A stretch of DNA of 64,000 nucleotides from Candidatus Zixiibacteriota bacterium (GTDB taxonomy: Bacteria; Zixibacteria; MSB-5A5; GN15; JACZUZ01). Made by a program: the position numbers and the translations under genes. Each line of letters begins with the position of its first letter. Positions within the stretch are counted from its first letter, which is position 1. Where the stretch lies: contig JAJRPM010000015.1 in the NCBI GenBank assembly GCA_024280775.1, positions 334,835 to 398,834 of the forward strand. Direction: 5' to 3'. The notes under the pieces were generated by a model that saw only the letters and a program-made list of their open reading frames with translations, was not told the origin of the DNA and made no database searches. Of the stretch, positions 46,651 to 54,994 are shown piece by piece.

Positions 46651-46832
46651 GCGCCTCTTTCGAGAGTCGCGTGGCTTGCGAGCAAGCATCACGCCTGCGA
46701 TCTCAAGCCTGCATTGAACAATGATGAAAGGGACAATGACACATTAGATGCGGAATCATGAAGTTGAACCGGAAACATAAAACCGGTGATATCTACTGCC
46801 AAGTATCAATGTAACTTTGCCCGGAGGTAACT

Positions 46833-49145
46833 ATGATGAGCGCTTCAATTGGAAATGCGGGGATATACCTGGCGACACTGGGACTAATAGCGTCGACTAT
46901 CCTCTACACCATGGCCTGGAAAGGCGCAGGACAGTTTAGAAAATACGCTCGCCTGGCATACAATGTCTCGGCAGTGGCGATAATTGTCTCTACAATAGCT
47001 CTATTTGTGTTGATCCTGACACATGATTTCTCTGTAAGTTATGTAGCCCAGTATTCGTCACGGGATCTGCCGCTCTTGTATTTGATTTCATCATTTTGGG
47101 CCGGCCAATTAGGAACCTTCCTTCTGTGGCTGGCGATGCTAGCGGTTTGCGGTGTGATTCTTGCTCGCGGTCATGACAAACTTCGCGATGGTGTAATGAC
47201 CATCGTGTCACTAGTAGGGATTTCGCTGGTTATTATCTTAATCAAGAAGTCTCCCTTCGAGCTCTTGGCATTCACTCCTCCCGATGGTTCAGGACTCAAC
47301 CCGCTGTTGCAGGACTTCTGGATGGCGTTCCATCCACCAATCATGTTCATCGGATTCGCCACAGCGGCAGTTCCATTTGCATACGGTATGTCATCGTTGA
47401 TTTCACGCGACTATTCAGACTGGGAACGTCTTTCTCGGAATTGGACTATTGTCGCCTGGTTGACCATCGGGATTTCACTGATGATGGGCGGCTATTGGGC
47501 TTACAAAGTCTTGGGTTGGGGCGGTTATTGGGCCTGGGATCCGGTGGAGAATGCTTCACTTATTCCCTGGCTGTTACTCACCGCGCAGTTGCATGTTTTG
47601 GCGCTAAGACGCGGCGGCGCAGGAATGCGCAGGTTCTCATATGTAGCGGTTAGCTTATCTTTCCTTTCGGTGCTCTACGGAACTTTCCTGACCCGCTCGG
47701 GTGTGTTGGCCGACTTTTCGGTGCACTCGTTTGTCGACTTGGGACTAAACAGCTTTCTGATTGGCTCTTTGGTATTTTTCAGCTTGATGACTGTAGTGTC
47801 TTTGGCGCTACGTTGGCCGGAAGTGACTCCTCCCGAAAAAGCGTCAAGTATTGGCTCTATGACATACATGGTAACACTGGCGGTTGTGGTTCTGTTTATA
47901 GGCGGTCTCCTGACACTCGCCGGAACCTCAGCGCCGCTTCTAACACGATTCACTGATAACCCATCGGCAGTCGAAATTTCATACTATGTAGTAACAATGA
48001 CGCCAATCGCGTTTCTTACGCTACTGCTATTAGCTATTTTCCCCTTCTTCAAATGGCAATCAGGAATCACCAATCGGGCGGGACTCATGAGCGGCATCGG
48101 CATTTTTGTGGTCTCGACTTTGGTTATCAAGTTCGGGTTTGCCGTTGATTCGCTTTGGTATTCAATAATACTGGCTTCGGGAGTTTGGGCTCTTTATAGC
48201 AACATTTGGCAATTCCGAGTGGTGATGAACCAACACCGTTTGCCTGCGGCGCCACTAATTCACATTGGACTGGCATTGACACTAATCGGAGCTACCGCTT
48301 CTTCGGGGCTGGAGCAACGCGAAAAAGTCACTCTTATGCAAGGACAGCCACATAAAGCCCTAGGTGAATATCAGCTAACTTTCACCGGCTACCAAGCAAT
48401 GGGCCTTGATACAGCATTCTCTGTTGCGGTAGTAAATGGCAACGGAGACCTCTTTGAGGCGAACCTGCTTCATACTAACAAAGACCCTGATGCAGGAGTG
48501 GTTCGCGAGCCGGATATCGATTATTCTTTCTTCAAAGATGTCTATGTATCACCTTTGGGCTCCAGGATAGGTCCACCACCTATGCCCTCGGGGAAAATCG
48601 AGTTACTCAAGGACGAACAAATAGACCTTGGCGAATACACTTTGACTTTGATGGGCACAGAGGCGCTTCGCGAGACTCCTACCAGTCCCGCCAGCAAACT
48701 CACAGCTCTTCTTGAAGCGCAACGCGGGTCGGAAGTATTTCAACTACGTCCTTCCCTGCACATGGAGAATGGCGAGCTACATCAACATGCGGCATATCTT
48801 CCCGATAGCTCCGGCGCGGTAGAGATGATTCTGGAGTCCGCTCCGCGTGGCGGATCAGTATTCGCTATCACTGGCAGCCTGTTAACTTCCGAGACGGCGG
48901 AAGCCGCAACAGAAGATGCCCTGGCTGTGGAGATTGCTATTAAGCCTTTGATTTCTCTGCTATGGATAGGTTCACTACTGATATTCATCGGCGGCGGGTT
49001 GGCGCTGACTATTAAACCCGGGAAACGCCCTGATGCGCATCCTGAGAAGCATGCGAACGCGACTAAGCTCGCTAATATAAAGAGCAAATCCTCTAGCGCC
49101 GGACTTAGTAGCTCAGAACTTGAAAAAAGTCAGATGAATGTGTAG
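46833..49145 (+). CDS. CcmF/NrfE-family haem lyase-like membrane protein
   Basis: 770 aa, polytopic. WWD motif LGWGGYWAWDPVENASLIPWL, close to the CcmF signature. ~130-aa C-terminal extension. Confidence 0.8.
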   Translation: MMSASIGNAGIYLATLGLIASTILYTMAWKGAGQFRKYARLAYNVSAVAIIVSTIALFVLILTHDFSVSYVAQYSSRDLPLLYLISSFWAGQLGTFLLWLAMLAVCGVILARGHDKLRDGVMTIVSLVGISLVIILIKKSPFELLAFTPPDGSGLNPLLQDFWMAFHPPIMFIGFATAAVPFAYGMSSLISRDYSDWERLSRNWTIVAWLTIGISLMMGGYWAYKVLGWGGYWAWDPVENASLIPWLLLTAQLHVLALRRGGAGMRRFSYVAVSLSFLSVLYGTFLTRSGVLADFSVHSFVDLGLNSFLIGSLVFFSLMTVVSLALRWPEVTPPEKASSIGSMTYMVTLAVVVLFIGGLLTLAGTSAPLLTRFTDNPSAVEISYYVVTMTPIAFLTLLLLAIFPFFKWQSGITNRAGLMSGIGIFVVSTLVIKFGFAVDSLWYSIILASGVWALYSNIWQFRVVMNQHRLPAAPLIHIGLALTLIGATASSGLEQREKVTLMQGQPHKALGEYQLTFTGYQAMGLDTAFSVAVVNGNGDLFEANLLHTNKDPDAGVVREPDIDYSFFKDVYVSPLGSRIGPPPMPSGKIELLKDEQIDLGEYTLTLMGTEALRETPTSPASKLTALLEAQRGSEVFQLRPSLHMENGELHQHAAYLPDSSGAVEMILESAPRGGSVFAITGSLLTSETAEAATEDALAVEIAIKPLISLLWIGSLLIFIGGGLALTIKPGKRPDAHPEKHANATKLANIKSKSSSAGLSSSELEKSQMNV

Positions 49146-49234
49146 TATAGTGAAGTGAAAATAAACTGAATTAAGAGTATAACTGACAATATCACATGGA
49201 AATCTCTTTTTGAGACAGTATCGAGAACAATTTT

Positions 49235-49708
49235 ATGGCCAATACACATGAAATGTCCAAGAAGCCGGCGCGGACAGTTAAGGAACCGGCAAAGCGCGAC
49301 TTCCTGACTAAGTCTCTAGCTGGTTTAACTACAGCCTTGGTGGGATTCATCCTGTATCCGCTCGGTAAATTTCTCAAGCAACCACCGGCTGCTGGAGGAA
49401 ATGTTAAACGCACACTAGCCGCCAAAGTAGGCGAAGTCCCCAATGATTCCGGGAAGATTTTTCGTTTCGGCAATGATCCGGGAATCATCTTTCGCACTCC
49501 CGGCGGTGAGCTGAAGGCTTTCACTGCGGTTTGCACGCATCTGAGCTGCACTGTGCAATATGTTCCGGTTGAATCCTACATCCTGTGCGCATGCCATAAC
49601 GGCAAGTATGACCTTAACGGGCAGGTGATTTCAGGACCACCGCCAAGGCCGCTGGAAGAATACCAAGTCGACATCCAGGGCGATGACATAATGGTAACCA
49701 GAGCTTGA
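49235..49708 (+). CDS. Rieske [2Fe-2S] subunit
   Basis: 157 aa. Box I CTHLSC and box II CACHNG. N-terminal RDFL-containing anchor/signal. Confidence 0.9.
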   Translation: MANTHEMSKKPARTVKEPAKRDFLTKSLAGLTTALVGFILYPLGKFLKQPPAAGGNVKRTLAAKVGEVPNDSGKIFRFGNDPGIIFRTPGGELKAFTAVCTHLSCTVQYVPVESYILCACHNGKYDLNGQVISGPPPRPLEEYQVDIQGDDIMVTRA

Positions 49709-49788
49709 TAGCTGACGGTATGATGTCACTAAGCGGCAAAGACTACTACACAGGAAAGACTCAGTACGGAAATAAAGGGAAGACATAG

Positions 49789-50847
49789 ATGGCAAAAATA
49801 AATGATTTCATAGCAGAGCGACTCCCGCTTGATGACGTTATGAATGCGCTGAAGCACAAACAGGTGCCTGTTCATAAACGATCGATATTCTACTATCTCG
49901 GTGGTATCTGTTTGTATCTGTTAATTGTACAAGTAATCACAGGCATACTGTTGCTTTTTTATTATCAACCGACAGAAGCCGCCGCGTATGAATCGGTAAA
50001 GTTCATCATGACTAAGGTGAGTTTCGGCTGGTTAGTTCGTTCAATTCACGCTTGGTCGGCGAACCTGTTGATATTTGCAATATTCTTGCACTTGTTCTCA
50101 ACCTTCTTATTGAAGGCATACAGACCACCCAGAGAGCTCACCTGGATGACGGGCATGGCGCTCTTTGGGGTTTGCCTTGGCTTGGGATTCACGGGCTATC
50201 TGCTTCCCTGGAATGAGTTAGCCTATTTCGCAACCAAAGTCGGAACCGAAATGACAAGCGCTGTTCCTGTTATCGGCGATACAATGAAGGAATTCCTTCG
50301 CGGTGGGTCGAATGTAACCGGAGCAACTCTTACACGTTTCTTTGCCTTTCATATTTGGATTCTACCTTTGACACTAGCCGGTATCGTAGGCATTCATTTG
50401 TTGCTGGTTCAAAAACTCGGTATGAGCCGCCCACTCTCACAGCAATCAAAACCCAAACGTTCAATGCCGTTTCTGCCACATTTCGCCCTGCGAGATTTGA
50501 ATGTCTGGCTAGTAGTGTTGGCGATCTTGGTTGGGTTAAGCTATTACTTCCCCGCTCACTTGGGGGACCCTGCGAATCCTATGGCTCCGACGCCGGTTGG
50601 AATTCTGCCGGAATGGTATTTCCTCTTCATGTTCCAATCGCTAAAACTCTTCCCGCCTCACATACTAGGCATTGAAGGTGAGGTATTTGGAATCCTGCTC
50701 TTCTCACTTGCAGGTGTCTTCCTATTACTCGTGCCTTTCATAGACAAGAAATCTGCAAAGGGCCAGAAAAGTCCACTCTTCACAGCGCTGGGTTGGTTCA
50801 TGATTTCCTTTGTTGTCTTCATGACCATCTGGGGAAAGTTCGGTTGA
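49789..50847 (+). CDS. cytochrome b (fused b6 plus subunit IV type)
   Basis: 352 aa. His pairs spaced 13 (IHAWSANLLIFAIFLH) and 14 (FHIWILPLTLAGIVGIH). Qo-site PEWYFLFMFQ. Confidence 0.9.
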   Translation: MAKINDFIAERLPLDDVMNALKHKQVPVHKRSIFYYLGGICLYLLIVQVITGILLLFYYQPTEAAAYESVKFIMTKVSFGWLVRSIHAWSANLLIFAIFLHLFSTFLLKAYRPPRELTWMTGMALFGVCLGLGFTGYLLPWNELAYFATKVGTEMTSAVPVIGDTMKEFLRGGSNVTGATLTRFFAFHIWILPLTLAGIVGIHLLLVQKLGMSRPLSQQSKPKRSMPFLPHFALRDLNVWLVVLAILVGLSYYFPAHLGDPANPMAPTPVGILPEWYFLFMFQSLKLFPPHILGIEGEVFGILLFSLAGVFLLLVPFIDKKSAKGQKSPLFTALGWFMISFVVFMTIWGKFG

Positions 50848-50848
50848 T

Positions 50849-52258
50849 ATGAATAACATACTTCCAAACAAACAGCCAAAACACATGCAACCAACACACA
50901 TGCAGACTGAAATACATACGATGAAAGCATTCCATAAACTTAAGAAATCCTGCAAGGCTTACCTGGTGACTGCAACTTTTGGACTAGCTTACGTAATGAT
51001 GGCCCTTGCAGGATTAGTTGCAACATCCCACGCAGAATCAGAAGCGGAAATTGCCGATCACTTGAAGGACAATTCCTGTGTTAGTTGCCATCTCAACGAG
51101 GTTGACGATGACAACACTGCAATGACAGAACACTTCCTCAAAGGCATTCATGCGCGCCGGGGAGTTTCTTGTTCTGACTGCCATGGAGGAAACCCGAAAG
51201 CAGAGGATGAAGACGAGGCAATGGATGAGGACGCTGGATTTATAGGCGCCCCGGACCGGGAAGAAATTCCTAAATTCTGCGCCAAGTGCCATTCTGATCC
51301 TAATTACATTCGTGGTTTCAACCCCAACTTGCCAACAGATCAATACGCCAAGTACATGATATCCGGTCATGGAAAGCGTCTGCTAAAATCAAACGACGAT
51401 AAGGTAGCGGTTTGCACTAGTTGCCATGGCGTGCATGGCATTCTACCTCCGAATGACCCGAAATCACCTGTTTACGTAAGCAATATCCCCGGCACCTGCT
51501 CATCATGCCACAGCGACTCAACCTATATGTCAGGTAGACATATCCCGGTTGACCAGCTGGACGAATACAAGACCAGTGTGCACGGTATAGCGCTTCTCGA
51601 AAACGGCGATCGCGGCGCCCCGTCCTGCACCGGTTGTCATGGCAGTCATGACGCCCGCAGACCGGAGCCTAGCGGCGTTGCCAATACTTGCGCCCAATGT
51701 CACAATTTCATTCGCGAGATGTTTGTGGCCTCACCCCATAAAGCGGCTTTCGATGAAGAGAATATCTCCGAATGTGAAGTATGTCACGGGAATCATGCCA
51801 TTCAAAAAGTCACTGACGATATGCTGGTCTCAGAGGACAAGAGCGTCTGCGGTGAATGTCATGATAGCGACAGCAAGGGCTGGAAGGTGGCTACAGATAT
51901 GAGCGCTCATATTGTTGCCCTGCGAAATCAAATCGACTCTATCACGTTGATTGTCGATTCTGCAAGGGAAATCGGAATGGACGCCGAAGACGCTATTTAC
52001 ATTCTGAAGGAAGCTCGTAACGAATTAGTTAAGAGCCGCGCCCTGGTGCATACTTTCAAAACCGAAGATGTTGCGGAAGTTACCAAGGCCGGAACAGAAA
52101 AAGTTCAGGAGGCCGGAGTTGCCGGACGCGGACTGATGGAGCAATTCCATTTCCGCAAACGCGGATTCTTATTGTCTTTGGCGGTTATTCTGCTACTTTC
52201 AGTGTTACTAACTTTGAAGATTCGTTCTCTGAGCGGGAGCTCTAAAATAGAAGAATAA
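50849..52258 (+). CDS. nonahaem cytochrome c with C-terminal membrane anchor
   Basis: Nine CXXCH motifs (CVSCH, CSDCH, CAKCH, CTSCH, CSSCH, CTGCH, CAQCH, CEVCH, CGECH). C-terminal helix GFLLSLAVILLLSVLLTL. Alternative start at 50921 (MKAFHKL..., signal-like). Confidence 0.85.
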   Translation: MNNILPNKQPKHMQPTHMQTEIHTMKAFHKLKKSCKAYLVTATFGLAYVMMALAGLVATSHAESEAEIADHLKDNSCVSCHLNEVDDDNTAMTEHFLKGIHARRGVSCSDCHGGNPKAEDEDEAMDEDAGFIGAPDREEIPKFCAKCHSDPNYIRGFNPNLPTDQYAKYMISGHGKRLLKSNDDKVAVCTSCHGVHGILPPNDPKSPVYVSNIPGTCSSCHSDSTYMSGRHIPVDQLDEYKTSVHGIALLENGDRGAPSCTGCHGSHDARRPEPSGVANTCAQCHNFIREMFVASPHKAAFDEENISECEVCHGNHAIQKVTDDMLVSEDKSVCGECHDSDSKGWKVATDMSAHIVALRNQIDSITLIVDSAREIGMDAEDAIYILKEARNELVKSRALVHTFKTEDVAEVTKAGTEKVQEAGVAGRGLMEQFHFRKRGFLLSLAVILLLSVLLTLKIRSLSGSSKIEE

Positions 52259-52266
52259 GTCAGGAA

Positions 52267-52306
52267 CTCCTCTGCGCAACAGTTGCAAGTTGCGCAGAGG
52301 AGTTTT
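52267..52306 (+). terminator. strong rho-independent terminator
   Basis: 14-bp stem ctcctctgcgcaac/gttgcgcagaggag, loop agttgcaa, then tttt. Confidence 0.85.
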
Positions 52307-52690
52307 ATTGCAGAGACTGGAATCCATAGAGAGGATACATGACACCTTGACATATGACAACGGAAAGTGTGTTTTTTTAGAACAATAGTTGACTCACGAC
52401 TCCGACATGGACCTTTAACGTCCGATATATGAGAAGTGAGAACTAGACTAGAAATAGGATTGACTGGTAAAGACACAATCCAAGATACTTGCAATTACCA
52501 CACTATGCTGGGGGGCTACAGTGGCAAATCTGCAGCGCATATCGCGCAACTACTATCCATTTACAATTATAACGGCGCTGTTCTACTGTGTCGCTACATC
52601 TCTTACCCAGAGACTCTCGCAAACGAGCGTCACATTGCCACAAGAACAAATCGCGTTTTAACAGAAAAGTTATGACAGGGACAGATTGAC

Positions 52691-54208
52691 ATGAAACACA
52701 GCAGAAAATTACCAACAGCCTACTACAACTGGTTGACGATGACCGGCGCTTACATATCGTCGGTTAGTCTAATTCTTATTATGCTCTTTCTAGGCGTCAA
52801 CCTGCTCTTTGACCTAGCTCCAAACCCATACCTGGGCATCATACTTTTCTTGGTTTTGCCAATGATTTTGATGTTCGGCTTAATTTTAGTCCCTATCGGC
52901 GTAATACGCACTAACCGCCGCATCAAGAGTGGTGAAGAATCAGGACATCCACCCTCACTCAAAATCGACTTGGGTAAACCAAGCCATCGACGGGCCGTTC
53001 AGGTGGTTGGATTTTCTTCAGTGATTCTTCTTTTCGCGGGCACAATCGGCGCATACCAAATGTATCATTTCAGTGAGTCGGTTGCCTTTTGCGGCACAAC
53101 CTGCCATGAAGTTATGAAACCGGAGTATGTGGCCTATCAACACTCCCCTCATGCGCGTGTTCCCTGCGCATCATGCCATATAGGAGGCGGAGCGAACTGG
53201 TGGGCCAAGTCAAAAGTATCTGGAGCATATCAGGTATACTCGGTATTGACTAACAACTACCCTAGACCTATTCCCACTCCAATTGAAAACATGCGTCCGG
53301 CGCAAGAGACCTGTGAACAGTGTCACTGGCCTAACAAATACTACGGCGCACAACAAAAGCGTTACAATCACTTCAAATATGACGAAACCAATACCGCCTG
53401 GCCGATTGATTTGATGTTAAAAACTGGCGGCGGTGATGAGCGCTCCGGGCAAAACTTCGGGATTCACTGGCATATGAATGTCGGTAACGACGTGGAATAC
53501 ATCCCGCGCGATGACAAACGGCAGGACATTGCCTGGGTTAGAGTTCGCGATCGCAACAATGGCCGCTCACTAGTATATGAGGACACAGAGAATCCCTTGA
53601 CACCTGAAGAGCGTGACACTCTAGAGGTAAGAACCATGGATTGCATGGACTGCCATAATCGCCCGAGCCATGTCTATAAATCTCCAGATAAATCAATCGA
53701 CCTTGCCCTTTCAGTAGGCAAAATCGACTCTACATTACCCAATATCAAAAGTATCGCAGTTGCGGTTATGGACAAAGAGTATACATCTGAATCTGAAGCG
53801 CATGATTCTGTGGCCTCTGGAATCACTGACTACTATGCTGTCGAGTACCCTGAGGTACTGGAATCACGCCATGAAGATATCACTAATGCAATTGCCACCG
53901 TTCAAGAGGCATTCTCGCAAAGTATCTTCCCGGAAATGAAAGTTCGCTGGGATGTCTACCCCAACAATCTCGGACACCTCACCTCACCGGGATGTTTCCG
54001 CTGTCACAATGATCGCCTGGTTGCGACAACCGGACAGAGCATGGCCACCGAATGCACAACGTGTCACAGCATACTATCACAGGGTAGCGGCGAATTTGCC
54101 GAGGTTGCGAGCACACCTTCGGGATTGGACTTCAAGCATCCCGAAGACATAGATGAAGAGTGGCGCGAGACGCTTTGTTCTGATTGTCACACAGGTGTGC
54201 AACCTTGA
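52691..54208 (+). CDS. inner-membrane heptahaem cytochrome with NapC/NirT-like N-terminal region (ImcH-like)
   Basis: 505 aa, two N-terminal TM helices. Haem motifs CGTTCH (CX3CH), CASCH, CEQCH, CMDCH, CFRCH, CTTCH, CSDCH. Size, haem count and NapC-like start match my recollection of Geobacter ImcH. Confidence 0.65.
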   Translation: MKHSRKLPTAYYNWLTMTGAYISSVSLILIMLFLGVNLLFDLAPNPYLGIILFLVLPMILMFGLILVPIGVIRTNRRIKSGEESGHPPSLKIDLGKPSHRRAVQVVGFSSVILLFAGTIGAYQMYHFSESVAFCGTTCHEVMKPEYVAYQHSPHARVPCASCHIGGGANWWAKSKVSGAYQVYSVLTNNYPRPIPTPIENMRPAQETCEQCHWPNKYYGAQQKRYNHFKYDETNTAWPIDLMLKTGGGDERSGQNFGIHWHMNVGNDVEYIPRDDKRQDIAWVRVRDRNNGRSLVYEDTENPLTPEERDTLEVRTMDCMDCHNRPSHVYKSPDKSIDLALSVGKIDSTLPNIKSIAVAVMDKEYTSESEAHDSVASGITDYYAVEYPEVLESRHEDITNAIATVQEAFSQSIFPEMKVRWDVYPNNLGHLTSPGCFRCHNDRLVATTGQSMATECTTCHSILSQGSGEFAEVASTPSGLDFKHPEDIDEEWRETLCSDCHTGVQP

Positions 54209-54238
54209 TAGCGCCATAGGAAGCTGTCGCAGGAGCTA

Positions 54239-54829
54239 TCACAAAGACACATATTGTATCAATCGGGCGAATGAGCGCGCCAAATCTTCGAAGCGCTCGT
54301 TCGCCTGTTTCAAATCTGAGTCATTATCTATGAAAAACGGCTCAGCAATTACGCATGGAGCTATTATGCTCCTTAACAAATGCGCCCCTCGCCCGTTGTC
54401 TCTCACCGCAATTACTCCCCTATCGCGCAAAACAAGAGAATCAATTGCAACTTGTTGAACCCTCTCTGCGAGCCCTTTGCTCTCAACTGAACTGTGATAA
54501 TAGAGAGTCTGCGTTCCTGATGCTGTAGTATCAAAAGCATTGCAATGCAAACTTATGCAGAAATCAGGGGTTAGCGCATTCACTTCTGCGGGCAAAGCTC
54601 TGTATGTTTTTCTGAATACTATGGAAATACGCGTTTCCGAGCATGCCTGAACACTTTCCACAATTGACTTTGCCAGTCTTGAATTGAACTGGAATTCGCT
54701 TATTCCATCTGAAAGATTGGTCGCCCCGGGCCTTTCTTTGGAATGCCCGACTATCAGGGCGCAATGCCTGCTAGCTTGTCTACTGGTTTGTCGTAGGGGA
54801 TGATTCATACAAATCAGCCCTATCCTCAA
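54239..54829 (-). CDS. N-acetylmuramoyl-L-alanine amidase (Amidase_3 type)
   Basis: 196 aa. IVGHSKERPGA, ISLHCNAF, GTQTLYY, LRDRGV, VIAEPFFIDND. Start uncertain. Confidence 0.65.
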   Translation of the reverse strand: MRIGLICMNHPLRQTSRQASRHCALIVGHSKERPGATNLSDGISEFQFNSRLAKSIVESVQACSETRISIVFRKTYRALPAEVNALTPDFCISLHCNAFDTTASGTQTLYYHSSVESKGLAERVQQVAIDSLVLRDRGVIAVRDNGRGAHLLRSIIAPCVIAEPFFIDNDSDLKQANERFEDLARSFARLIQYVSL

Positions 54830-54994
54830 TCACCACTTTTTCGCTATCAAAATCGGTACGATTCTTGCATTGACAGCGGTCTGTAGGGCGCTATCTTTCG
54901 GGTCTGTTGCATAATCTGCAATGACTCGTCAGCTCTTGCGCCACCAGATACGTAACGTCCTAAACTTTCTACCTCTCTTATTGGAGAAAACATC

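Noticed and set aside
52522-52536. Possible sigma54 promoter tGGcaaatctgcaGCg upstream of the ImcH-like gene, plus a weaker one on the minus strand at 44850-44864 upstream of the kinase.
   Set aside because: Only the minimal GG-N10-GC spacing matches, and the -12 element is poor (AGC rather than TTGC). This cannot be separated from chance by eye and needs a PWM scan.
54239-54829. The amidase as a phage endolysin belonging to the phage-like module.
   Set aside because: It lies 20 kb from the module, is separated from it by housekeeping, regulatory and respiratory genes, and is convergent with the ImcH-like gene. It is more likely a cell-wall amidase.
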